Assembly: GCA_002269645.1 (NCBI GenBank)
Contig: NIVC01002652.1
Span: 88,943-152,942 of the forward strand
Source of the DNA: Macrostomum lignano
Lineage: Eukaryota
Length of the DNA stretch: 64,000 bases
Direction: 5' to 3'
Positions 23,501 to 35,625 of the stretch are shown here, in pieces. The stretch's first letter is position 1; the number at the start of each line of letters is the position of its first letter. A model generated the notes under the pieces. That model ran no database searches and was not told the origin of the DNA. It saw nothing but the letters and a program-made list of their open reading frames with translations. A program made the position numbers and the translations under genes.

Positions 23501-26500
23501 AGAACAGCTGTTTACCTGGGATCTCCGATTGTTTATGATTGAGAACAGGTGTTTACCTGGAATCACCGGTATTTTATGATTGAGAACAGCTGTTTACCTG
23601 GGATCTCCGATTGTTTATGATTAACAACAGCTGTTTACCTGGAATCACCGGTATTTTATGATTGAGAACAGCTGTTTACCTGGGATCGCCGGTATTTTAT
23701 GATTGAGAACAGCTGTTTACCTGGAATCACCGGTATTTTATGATTGAGAACAGCTGTTTACCTGGGATCTCCGATTGTTTATGATTGAGAACAGGTGTTT
23801 ACCTAGAATCACCGGTATTTTATGATTGAGAACAGCTGTTTACCTGGGATCACCGGTATTTTATGATTAAGAACAGCTGTTTACCTGGAATCACCGGTAT
23901 TTTATGATTAAGAACAGGTGTTTACCTGAGATCACCGGTATTTTATGATTAAGTACAGCTGTTTACCTGGGATCACCGGTATTTTATGATTAAGAACAGC
24001 TGTTTACCTGGGATCTCCGATTGTTTATGATTGAGAACAGGTGTTTACCTGGAATCACCGGTATTTTATGATTGAGAACAGCTGTTTACCTGGGATCACC
24101 GGTATTTTATTATTAAGAATAGCTGTTTACCTGGGATCACCGGTATTTTATGATTGAGAACAGGTATTTACCTTGGATGACCAGTTGTTTATAATTGAGA
24201 ACAGGTGTTTATCTGGGATCACCGGAATTTTATGATCGAGAACAGGTATTTACATTGGATGACCAGTTGTTTATGATTGAGAACAGCTGTTTACCTGGAA
24301 TCACCGGTATTTTATGATTAAGAACAGGTGTTTACCTGAGATCACCGGTATTTTATGATTGAGAACAGGTGTTTACCTGGGATCACCGGTATTTTATGAT
24401 TGAGAACAGCTGTTTACCTGGGATCTCCGATTGTTTATGATTGAGAACAGGTGTTTACCTGGAATCACCGGTATTTTATGATTGAGAACAGCTGTTTACC
24501 TGGGATCACCGGTATTTTATTATTAAGAATAGCTGTTTACCTGGGATCACCGGTATTTTATGATCGAGAACAGGTATTTACATTGGATGACCAGTTGTTT
24601 ATGATTGAGAACAGATGTTTACCTGGGATCACCGGAATTTTATGTTTTAGAACAGGTGTTTACCTGGCATCACGAGTATTTTATGATTAACAACAGGTGT
24701 TTACCTTGAATCACCGGTAGTTTTTTATTTAGAACAGGTGTTTACCTGGGATCACCGGTATCGTATGATTGAGTACAGGTGTCTACCGCGTGGGAGCACC
24801 GGTATTTTATGATTGAGAACAGGTACTTACCTGGGAGCACCGGTATACATGACTGATATCATATATTTGTAATTTTTGATGCTTTATATTTTCTTAAAAA
24901 TTCTATTACTCTATATTTAGGCACCACCGGCATGCCAAAGGCGGCGGTGATATCGCACCTCAGATTCGCCATGATGTCCAACACAATCGGCTTGTTCTTC
25001 GGCTTGGGCCTGGGCGACATTCTGTACGACTGTCTGCCACTGTACCACACTGCTGGCGGCATTCTGGGCATCGGACAGGTGAGTCGCAGGGCTTTTTCAT
25101 TACTCAGGTCCTGTCGCTATTTCTGATCCCATTCCCTAAATTCTGATCCCATTCTGCGATTCCGATCCCATTCCCAAGTTCTGATCCCATTTCCGAATTC
25201 TGATCCCATTCCTAAATCCTGATCCCATTCCTTGAATTCTGATCCCATTCCTTGAATTCTGATCCCATTCCCTGAATTCTGACCCCATTCCCGAATTCTG
25301 ATCCCATCCCGAATTCTGACCCCATTCCCGAATTCTGACCCCATTCCCGAATTCTGATCCCACTCCCAAATCCCATCCTAAGTTGGAATCCCACCCGCCT
25401 CCCAGGCGTTCCTCCGCGGCGTGACGGTGGTGATCAAACGGAAATTCTCAGCCTCGGCCTTCTGGGACGACTGCGCCCGCTACCAGTGCACGGCGGCGCA
25501 GTACATCGGCGAGATCTGCCGCTACTTGCTGGCCCAGCCTGCCAAGCAGTCGGACAGGCGGCACCGGGTTCGCGTCATGTTCGGCAACGGGCTCCGGCCG
25601 CAAATCTGGCGCGAATTTCAGCAGCGATTCGGCGTCGATAAAATGGGCGAATTCTACGGCGCCACGGAGTCCAACTGCAACATGGTGAACATTGACAACA
25701 CGGTTGGCGCTGTGGGATTCCTCAGCCAGATCGCGCCCAGCGTCTACCCGCTCCGGCTGGTCCGGGTCGATCCCGACACTGGCGAGCCGCTCAGGAACCC
25801 GCGGGATCAGCTGTGCGTGCCTGCTGGTCCCGGCGAGCCCGGCGAACTCATCGGCAGTGTCGTGCCCGGCGACGCAATCCGCGGCATCGATGGCTACGTG
25901 TGCAAGCAGGCCACGGAGAAGAAGATGCTGAGAAATGTGCTGCGCCACGGCGATTGCTATTTCTCTACTGGGGACGTGCTGGTCATGGACGAGCTGGGCT
26001 ATATGTACTTTAGGGACAGGACTGGGGATACGTTCCGGTGGAAGGGCGAGAATGTGTCCACCTCTGAGGCGAGTTGCCGCTTTGCTTACTGCTTCAGTAG
26101 GGGGCGGATTGATACAGACAGTCTAGAGTGAGATGAGATTAAGAGGCTAGAGTGAGATTAAGAGGCTGGAGTGAGATGAGATTAAGAGTCTAGAGTGAGA
26201 TTAAGCGGCTAAAGTGAGATTAAGAGGCTGGAGTGAGATTATGAAGCTAGAGTGGGATTAAGAGGCTGGAGTGAGGTAAGAGGCTGGAGTGAGATTATGA
26301 TGATAGAGTGAAATGAAAAAAGAGGCTAGAGTGAGATTAAGAGGCTAGTGTGAGATTAAGAGGCTAGTGTGAGATGAGAATAAGTCTGGAGTGAGATAAG
26401 ATTAAGAGGCTAGATTGAGATGAGATTAAGAGGCTGGATTAAGGTAAGATTAGGAGGCTAGAGTGAGATGAGATAAGGAGTCTAGAGTGAGATTGAGAGG

Positions 26501-27163
26501 CTAGAGTGAGATGAGATTAATAGGCTAGAGTGAGATGAAATTAAGAGGCTAGAGCGAGATGAGATTAAGAGGCTAGAGCGAGATGAGATTAAGAGGCTGG
26601 ATTGAGATGAGATTAAGAGGCTGGATTGAGATGAGATTAAGAGGCTAGATTGAGATGAGATTAAGAGGCTAGATTGAGATGAGATTAAGAGGCTAGAGTG
26701 AGATGAGACTAAGAGGCTGGAGTGAAGATCCTCACCATTTCTCCCTAATCCTGACCTCCTGTTCCCGCATGTGCCCCCCCCCCAGGTGGAGGCCTGCCTG
26801 TCCAACGTACTCTCGCTGGCCGACTGCGCTGTCTATGGCGTCGAGGTGCCCGGCAACGAGGGCCGCGCCGGCATGGCGGCTGTGGCCGATCCCGAGGGCC
26901 GCGGTGTTGAAGTGGCCCGGCTGGCCCAGCACCTGCCCCGTCTGCTGCCAGCCTACGCCAGGCCGCTGTTCCTTCGAATTGTCCGCCACATCGAGGCCAC
27001 CGGCACCTTCAAGATGAAGAAGACCGAGCTGCGCAAGGACGGCTTCGATCCCGACAGGTGCTGCGGAGATCCCCTCTACTACCTGTGCTGCCGGTCTGGG
27101 CAGTACCTGGCCCTGGATGGGCCTGCATTTGCCGCCATCGCTAGGGGAGAAATCCGATTCTAG
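20556..27163 (+). CDS. SLC27A: Long-chain fatty acid transport protein / very-long-chain acyl-CoA synthetase (FATP), 5 exons, one apparent frameshift
   Basis: Exons 20556-20918, 22845-23249, 24921-25078, 25406-26068 and 26786-27163. AMP motif YIYTSG|TTGMPKA spans exons 2-3; [33 protein letters not shown]|VE is the FATP signature. 1-nt deletion at about 22978; GC-AG intron 4. Confidence 0.93.
21095..22830. repeat. 12-13-bp minisatellite (catagagaatc[a/g]c)n filling FATP intron 1
   Basis: Directly visible; starts with a related tcgccctgataa variant. Confidence 0.97.
23295..24850. repeat. 41-bp minisatellite filling FATP intron 2 (about 38 units)
   Basis: Unit gaacag(c/g)tgtttacctgggatcaccggtattttatgattga. 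Confidence 0.97.
25121..25380. repeat. About 20-bp minisatellite (ttctgatcccattcccgaat) in FATP intron 3
   Basis: Directly visible. Confidence 0.95.
26125..26725. repeat. 19-24-bp purine-rich minisatellite (gagattaagaggctagagtgagat) in FATP intron 4
   Basis: Directly visible. Confidence 0.95.
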
Positions 27164-27167
27164 GCGC

Positions 27168-28010
27168 CTGTCACTCCGAGTGGGGACTGGTGGGCCTGTC
27201 ACTCCGACTGGGGATGTTCTGTCACTCTGATTGAGGACTGTCTGTCACTCTGATTGAGGACTGTCTGTCACTCTGATTGAGGACTGTCTGTCACTCTGAT
27301 TGATTGAGGACTGTCTGTCACTCTGATTAAGGACTGTCTGTCACACTTTAATTGAGGACTGACTGTCACACTTACTGAGGATTGTCTGTCACACTTACTA
27401 AGGATTGTCTGTAACTCTTTGGGATTGCCTGTCGCTCTTGTTGGGGATTGCCTGTCACTATTGTTGGGGACTGTCTATCACTCTTGTTGGGGACTGTCTG
27501 TCACTCTTATCGGGGATTGCCTGTCACTCTTGTTGGAGACTGTCTATAACTCTTGTTGGGGACTGTCTGTCACTCTTATCGGGGATTGTCTATCACTCTT
27601 GTTGGGGATTGCCTGTCACTCTTGTTAGGGATTGCCTGTCACTCTTGTTGGGGAATAGGGGATTGCCTGTCACTCTTGTTGGGGAATAGGGGATTGCCTG
27701 TCACTCTTGTTGGGGAATAGGGGATTGCCTGTCACTCTTGTTGGGGAATAGGGGATTGCCTGTCACTCTTGTTGGGGAATAGGGGATTGCCTGTCACTCT
27801 TGTTGGAGATTGCCTGTCACTATTGTTGGGGACTGTCTATCACTCTTATCGGGGATTGCCTGTCACTCTTGTTGGAGATTGCCTGTCACTCTTGTTGGGG
27901 ACTGTCTGTCACTCTTATCGGGGATTGTCTGTCACTCTTGTTGGAGATTGCCTGTCACTCTTGTTGGGGACTGTCTGTCACTCTTATCGGGGATTGTCTG
28001 TCACTCCTAC
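27168..28010. repeat. About 22-bp minisatellite family (ctgtcactcttgttggggattgc) immediately 3' of the FATP stop
   Basis: Directly visible; several subvariants. Confidence 0.95.
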
Positions 28011-28915
28011 TGGTTAATCAAAGAGCTAATTGCAGGTGTCTGGCACTGAGCCAGCCGCCGTGACGATCACATAAGTTTTCCTGCACAGTCTGTGAACAAA
28101 TTTGTCTCATTAATAGAAGTTTCTATTTAGTTCAGGCGTTTCGCCCTCACTCTGTATCCCAGTGTGTGTCCCTCTTAATTATTTACTATGACGCCAAGTA
28201 GTTCCAATTCTCTCTAATCCTCTTAAATGGTTTTATTACTTGACTTATTTGCTTCATTTTTTATATAAAATGCAGTTTAGTTTAAACTTTTTTCAGTTAG
28301 CCACTGTCTTTCATTGTGTTAGAATCCCTGGAGCTGACCTTCTATGTTCACTGAGTAATTCGATCATTAGTACAGGCAAATATGAGAATATTTATCAATT
28401 GACCATGTGCCTGCAGTTTCCTTATGACTGGCCTTTTTTAATTTGTTATCATATTGTAGTAGCCTTTGATTTTTTTAATTTTCTGTAATTGTCGTCACTG
28501 TTTTTCTAGCTTTTTTGTTTCTTAATAACAAGATTACCTTGCGCAGCTGCAGACCATTCCTTCGCATTATTTAGCATGGAATATATATATATAGCCGTGA
28601 GCTATTGCGTCTGAACAACTGACTGACTTTATAATCAGTTTCATTTCTGCTTATTGTTTTGTGTAATTTCCTGTCAGTTAAAATATGTTTTCAAAATATA
28701 TTAACAAAACTCTTGGGTAGGAATACAAAATGCTTTGACTGAAATTAATACTTCATTAAACACGCCGGAAGGAGCCAAACGAGACAAAGTCAGTTGCGAA
28801 AAGCAGGCAGCGGCCGAGAAAGCGGATCCCAGTGGATCAAGCGAAGCGTTTATTTATTAGTTTAAATGAGTTAATATTTACTGGTTTGTAAAAAGAAGAT
28901 AAAAAAAATTGAGAA

Positions 28916-29614
28916 ATGGCGGCGGAGCCAAGCCGGGCCGGGTGCAGAGGCTTTAAGCTGGCTGGCGTGGCCAACCCCCACACCTCAACCCCCCGCCAAA
29001 GTACAGCGATATGTACAGCGGCACCCTCCGGCGCGTCTAACACCCCTTACTCAGAGAGTAACGATTGCAACAATGCTTTGTCACGATTTCGCTTTGATAA
29101 ACTGTTGGCAATTGGGCTTTCAAGTTCTTTTTTAGGACTGGCAACGGGGTCTGTTTGATGTTGCCATGTCTGTCTGTCTGTCTCTTTGTGTCTGTCTGTC
29201 TGTCTGCCTGTCTGTCTCTTTGTGTCTGTCTGCCTGTCTGTCCGTCTGCCTGTCTGACTCTCTGTCTGTCTGTCTGTCTGACTCTCTGTCTGTCTGTCTG
29301 TCTGTCTCTGTCTCTTTATGTCTGTCTGTCTATCTGTCTGTCTGTCTCTTTGTGTCTGTCTGTCTGTCTGTCTGTCTGTCTGCCTGTCTATCTGTCTGTC
29401 TGTCTGTCTGCCTGTCTGCCTGTCTGTCTGTCTGTCTCTTTGTGCCTGCCTGTCTGTCTGCCTGTCTGTTTTTCTCTTTGTCTGTCTGTCTGTCTGCCTG
29501 TCTATCTGTCTGTCTGTCTGTCTGTCTGTCTCTGCCTGCCTGCCTGCCTGCCTGTCTGCCTGCCTGTCTGTCTGTTTGTCTCTTTGTGTCTGTCTGCCTG
29601 TCTGTCCGTCTGCC

Positions 29615-29653
<39 letters not shown>

Positions 29654-30228
29654 TTCTGTCTGTCTGTCTGTCTGTCTGTCTGCCTGCCTGTCTGTCTGTC
29701 TGCCTGCCTGTCTGTCTGTCTGTCTGTCTCTTTGTGTCTGTCTGCCTGTCTGTCCGTCTGCGTGTCTGTCTGTCTGTCTCTGTCTCTTTATGTCTGTCTG
29801 TCTGCCTGTCTATCTGTCTGTCTGTCTGTCTCTTTGTGCCTGCCTGTCTGTCTGCCTCTTTGTGTCTCTTTGTGTCTGTCTGCCTGTCTGTCTCTTTGTG
29901 TCTGTCTGTCTGTCTCTGTCTCTTTATGTCTGTCTGTCTGCCTGTCTATCTGTCTGTCTCTGTCTCTTTATGTCTGTCTGTCTGTCTGTCTGCCTGTCTA
30001 TCTGTCTGTCTGTCTCTTTGTGTCTGTCTGTCTGTTTGTCTGCCTGTGTGTCTGTCTGTCTGCCTGTGTGTCTGTCTGTCTCTCTGCGCCTGTCGTAGTG
30101 TCTGTCTGTCTGATCTCTCTGTACTGTATTGCAGTTTATTATCCGGTCCATATCGCTTTGAACTTCACTGCTTGGATGAGCCAGGCATACCGCGGCCCAG
30201 CTCGCGAGCATTCAAATTACGAGCGTAG
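28916..30228 (+). CDS. Hypothetical approx. 108-aa two-exon protein
   Basis: gaaATGGCG start; exon 28916-29148 (phase 2 donor gtctgt) joins 30135-30228 (acceptor ttgcag) in frame, giving ...LLAIGLSSSFLGLATGLLSGPYRFELHC... No homology recognised; phase agreement could be chance. Confidence 0.3.
29168..30118. repeat. (TCTG)n-based microsatellite, about 950 bp
   Basis: Directly visible; its long ORFs are repeat artefacts. Confidence 0.97.
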
Positions 30229-30418
30229 TTCGAATCGAATATTTAACTCAAATACTTCAGTTTTAAAGTTTCAGCATTTCAAGAAGTCAAGTAAGGAAGG
30301 TCTAATTATAAAAATTACAATAAAATTGCATACAGTACGTGCATTCCAATTAATATGTGCATTAGAAAAGTCAGCCAGCACGTGATGACAAATAAGCACC
30401 GGCCAACCAGCTCTGAGC

Positions 30419-32114
30419 TCATTGCCCTCCACTCCACTCGAACAGCAGCTCCCGGAATCGCGCGATCTCCTTGGCGAACTTTTCCGGCTGTTCTTCCGCT
30501 TGCCGATAGAATTCCGCCGACGTTCGCAGCGCCTCGATGAGCGGCGTCGCCGGCAGCCAATCGCCGCAGGCCTCGGCCGCCTTCTCGACGCTGATTGGTC
30601 CGCTGGTCACGGTGGGGTAGAGCTGGCTGGCCGACTCGCTGAATTCGATTCTCGGCGCCTCGGGCAGCTCCATGGCTTCGGCCAGCCGGCCAACGAACGC
30701 CTCCGCTGTCCAGGTCTCCTGGTAGGCGAAGTTGAAGACCTCCTTGACTGAGCCGAGCGGTCTGGCCAGGCGTCTGTAGCGATCGACAAGGCCGACCAAG
30801 AAGTCGGCCACGTCGCCGACGTAGGCCAGCGACATTCGGGCGTCGCGGCTGAAGCTCGGCAGGTGCACGCGGCCTGCAGCCGCTCCGTGAACAAAGTACC
30901 AGAACCTGTAGCTGGTGTCCCTGGGCCCGAACGTGTCCGGGATGCGCACGATGGTGTAGTCGTAGAGAGCCCCATTGTGCTCTGCGGCCAGCAGGTCGAC
31001 AATGAACTCCGCTGTGAGCTTCAGCTCCGCGTAGCGACGTCCAGCGCGCAGACGGTTGCGTAGCGCCGCGTCAGACGGGAAGGCGCCGTCGGATTCGCGC
31101 GACCTGCCGGCGTGTCGCTTGTCCGACACGTCGTAGACGGAGTCGGTGCTCAGGTACACGTAGTACTGGAACCGGCCGGTCAGCAGCTGAACGCTCTGCA
31201 TCACTGCTACGTCAGCGTAGCCGGAGAGGTCGATGACGGCCAGGAACGGCCGCGCCTCCAGCTGCGAGAGGCTGGCGCAGTCCGTGAGGTCAAAGTTGCG
31301 GTCGCAGGTCAGCACCCGGCTGTGGTGGCTGCTGTGCCACTGCCAGTAGGTGTTGTTCCTGTGCAGGGTGGTCACATTGTAGCCACGCGAGGCCAGGCGC
31401 TCCACAGTGTGGCTGCCGATAAAGCCGTTGCCTCCGAGCACGAGGATGTCTCTGGCGCGGCGGGAGGGGCGGAGTTGGTGCGCAGATTGTGACTTTGGGC
31501 ACTGCAACGATTGAATCAAGGCAAAAGTTGATCCGTCAAGGAAGGGACACAATGATGCGGTCCAGTTCCCAGGAACAGGGACACAATGATGCGGTCCAGT
31601 TCTCAGGAACAGGGACACAATGATGCGGTCCAGCTCTCAGGAATAGGGACACAATGATGCGGTCCAGTTCTCAGGAATAGGGACACAATGATGCGGTCCA
31701 GTTCTCAGGAACAGGGACACAATGATGCGGTCTAACTCTCAGGAATAGGGACACAATGATGCGGTCCAGCTGTCAAGAAAGGGACACAATGATGCGGTCC
31801 AGCTCTCAGGAATAGGGACACAATGATGCGGTCCAGCTGTCAAGAAAGGGACACAATGATGCGGTCCAGCTGTCAGTAATACGGACACAATGATGCGGTC
31901 CAGCTGTCAGTAATACAGACACAATAATGCAAACCAGCTCTACCTAGCCCGCAGACAAAATCCTCAACCCCTGAGTTTACCTGTTCCCCTCGGAGTGGTC
32001 CCTCGGTGCATCGGGATCCGCGTAGCGACTGTTCAGGTGGGCCAGGCTCGGGGAGGCGCAGCAGGCGGTGACCACCAGCAGCACAGTCAGCAGCAGCCAT
32101 CGTTGATGTGGCAT
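30419..32114 (-). CDS. Atypical SDR / NAD-dependent epimerase-dehydratase family protein with N-terminal signal peptide (388 aa)
   Basis: Exons 32114-31981 (MPHQRWLLLTVLLVVTACCASPSLA..., phase 2 donor gtaaac) and 31451-30419. Rossmann motif ILVLGGNGFIG, LSTDSVY and YAELK (YxxxK). Confidence 0.85.
31544..31910. repeat. 34-bp minisatellite (about 11 units) in the SDR intron
   Basis: Unit gggacacaatgatgcggtccagttctcaggaa(t/c)a. Confidence 0.95.
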
Positions 32115-32537
32115 CTGCGCGCCTGTTCTTCGTTTCTGCACTGCTTCCGATGCACGCGGAACCTTTTACCGTGGGGTGTTTTATCCTTCCTCTAGGCTGG
32201 GAGCATCGAATACTTTTCTTCCCCTAATCGGTGCAGTGCACATTCTTTCTTCCCTGCTGATTCATGCATAAATTTCTCCCTCAAGTTCGCACAGTTTCGC
32301 ATCGGAAAAATCCCTATACACACTGTACATTCTCTGAGGCTGTACGCTACTGTACGCTGAGCTTGAGGGGAAGCTGACAGCACGTTGTTTCGAATTAAAA
32401 GCAACAGAATATTGCTACAGTTTTCCCTGCAAAGTAAAGGTTCAACGAATTTCAAGGCTTGATGCAGGGGTCGGCAAAATTCTTAACCTCTAAGGGCCAG
32501 ATTAATATGAGCTAAGATCTAGCTCGTTAGCTCAGGC

Positions 32538-32800
32538 TAGATGAGAGAGGAAAATAGAGGGAACAGAGGAGGAGAGGAAAGTGGATAGGAAAAATGAAAG
32601 AGGAGAGAAATGACGAGAGGCAAGAGAGGTGATGAGATGAGATATGGGAGGAGAGAGAAGAGATGAGAAGATGAGACGAGAGGAGAAGAAGGGAGAAGAG
32701 AGGAGCGAGAAGAGAGGGGAGAGAAGAGAGGAGAGAATAGAGAGAAGGGTTCATGAGATGAAAGAAGATCAAAAGAGAGAAGCGGTGGGACAGTAGGGAA
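32538..32800. repeat. Purine-rich (GA) low-complexity tract
   Basis: Almost exclusively G/A on the + strand. Confidence 0.85.
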
Positions 32801-33499
32801 GAGAGCTGAGATGAGACATAAACCTGAAGAGGACCTGACTGCGATTGTGCTGTTTCAAAGGACCTTTGATTCATGCTTACACCTGCAATCAGTTTCGAAA
32901 GTTTAAAGAGTCGTCTCATTAAGAAGTAAAAATCATAATGCATTTAGAATTTTTTCATCAAGTCCGCCCGCAGAGGTCATCGCAGCAGCTCTTAGCGGAC
33001 CTACAGAAGGGGCTTGTCAGCCGTCAAATCCAGTTTCTTTATAAATTTATTTGAAAGAAAAATAAACGAAATCGCAGAGAAAATTTAATCAAACAGGAAG
33101 AAAACAAATTGTACACACAGGGACTGTAGGGGCAGTGGAGGGAGGGCAAGTCACCTAGGGCAGGCTCTGAACTTTGCTTTCAGCTCGGCCTTCAAATTTT
33201 GATTGGCTGGGTACGGGTCAGTCACGTGATGACTGGGATTTTGGTTTGCCTAAGAAGCTCCATTTTACAGCCGCAAAGTCCCTAATAAAAATATTTTAAA
33301 TAAAATAATAAATATTAATAATGGTAGCGGGACTTGAAGTTTGCCAACATTTATACCATTGAACGGTGCATCAGTAACTCAGAGAGTGATATCAGCATAA
33401 AGCAATAAAACAATTACATAAAGCAGTTCGCGCGAACCCAGCGGTGGCAACAGAGGGGTTTACCGCAATTGACTGCCAATCAACAGGTTGTGTCATCCT

Positions 33500-33777
33500 T
33501 CAGGCCTCCGTTAGGTCGTCATTAAAGTACAGATGCAACTGTTGCAGGTGCTTCTCTTCGTCGATTTTCAATTCGTAGAATTCCTCGTCTTCATCCGGAA
33601 TGTCGTTGTCAGCCAGGGTTTTCTCCATGTCCAGCTCGCGCCTGTCGTATTTCCAGGTGTAGCTGGCGGCGTGGGCGTTGTGCTTCAGGTAGCGCTGCAG
33701 AATCTCCTGCAGGGTCTCCTCTGAGCACACCTGATCGGGGGTTGGGGTTGGTATTAGACTGACTAACAAACTCACTC

Positions 33778-33816
<39 letters not shown>

Positions 33817-33826
33817 GACTAACTAC

Positions 33827-33876
<50 letters not shown>

Positions 33877-33886
33877 GACTAACTAC

Positions 33887-33964
<78 letters not shown>

Positions 33965-33974
33965 GACTAACTAC

Positions 33975-34056
<82 letters not shown>

Positions 34057-34139
34057 GACTAACTAACTAACTAACTAACTCACTAACTCACTCACTAACT
34101 AACTAGCTAACTAACTAGCTAACTGACTAACTAACTAAA

Positions 34140-34188
<49 letters not shown>

Positions 34189-34193
34189 GACTG

Positions 34194-34234
<41 letters not shown>

Positions 34235-34283
34235 ATAAATAAATAACTAACTAAATAAATAAATAGCTAACTAACTAAATAAA

Positions 34284-34331
<48 letters not shown>

Positions 34332-35302
34332 CTCGATGACCTGCTTTTGCTGCGTGAGGGTGTTGATAACCCGCACGAAGCGGGTCTTGACGCTCAGCAG
34401 GCCGATGCAGTAGGCGGCCTCGTCTCGCCACCACGGCCGGCCGAAGTCGTTGCACCAGTCAGAGCTGGGGTAAGGCGGCGCCACGTGAACGAAGCGGCCA
34501 TGCGGCGTGTAGGGCATCCGGCAGCCGGACACAGGGTCCGTGTGCGTGCGAATGTCTCGCGTCTTGGGATCGAACCAGTGGGAAATGTCCTTGCCGGCAT
34601 TCGAAATTATTGGCTTTAACAGAATAGAGCCTGGGAATGGATAATTTGATGAAAAAATAAACTCATTTAATATGGTTTGTTTAAAAGATAATATTCTTAT
34701 GCAACTTTTTATTTAAATTTGAAAGAAATCAAAATGACCATATTTTGGCACTATAACTTAAATTTATATCTATCATAATTTTAACTAGTTTTCGAAATTT
34801 TCACCAACAAGATTAGTGATTTTGTGTTTAAAAATAGTTAAAACAAACCTCAAGTCTCTAAAGAAATTAAAAATCAAACCATATGTATTGGTTTTCTATG
34901 TTATTAAAATTTATCAATTGAGAACACCTTTAAAGTAATTTTGCTTAGCTTGAAATAAATTATTTAAAATTACCCATGCATTTTCACCATAAGAATAATA
35001 AGACAATTGCTACCCATCATTAAAAAATTACAAAAAACATTTTAAAGATATATTTTGGAAAACTTTTTAATAGATACAGCTATTGTAAGAATAGATTAAA
35101 AGCTGGGAAATAATAGAAAAATATATAATCTTCCAAGTTTAAAGGTAAATTCGACTGCAAATGTACGCATACCTTGATGTTTATAGCACAGTGTCGTCAA
35201 GTCATACACTTTTCCAAGGAATGAAACCCAGAGACTGTCAACTGTGTTGTGGACTGCAACTTCATTAGGAGTAAAATATTTTGGTCTAGTTTTGATAGTC
35301 AT
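33500..35302 (-). CDS. CYB5D1: Cytochrome b5 domain-containing protein 1 (219 aa, 3 exons)
   Basis: Exons 35302-35173, 34630-34332 and 33730-33500, phase-consistent. Motifs [11 protein letters not shown]...[51 protein letters not shown] and [12 protein letters not shown] match the family. Confidence 0.93.
33773..34331. repeat. (TAAC)n microsatellite, i.e. (GTTA)n on the CYB5D1 sense strand, filling intron 2
   Basis: Directly visible. Confidence 0.98.
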
Positions 35303-35625
35303 GTCTACACGTTGTTTGTGTCTTCTAAAGCTCAGACAGGTAAAGTTTAGTTTACAAACTTAGCTAATGCAAGATGGAAAATTCGCAAACAAAAGCTATG
35401 TTAAAAATGAACGTCTAAGCAAGTCGTAGCAACGAATCGGTATAACAAAAACGGCATAGTTACGAGAAAAAAATCAGGCGCGGTTTCAAATTTAATTCAT
35501 CGCGATTTTTATACAGCTTCGTCTGCTCGGAGCCATAGCTTACTTTTTTAACTTCTTTATTCTGCCTTTACCGTCTGTCCTTCCTAAGTTTCTAGCGTAG
35601 GTTAAAATAAAGTATTGTTTTCAAT

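Noticed and set aside
32465-33350. hAT-like TIR caggggtcggcaaa as the start of a MITE
   Set aside because: Only a partial inverted match (gtttgccaac, about 33340) and no 8-bp TSD found.
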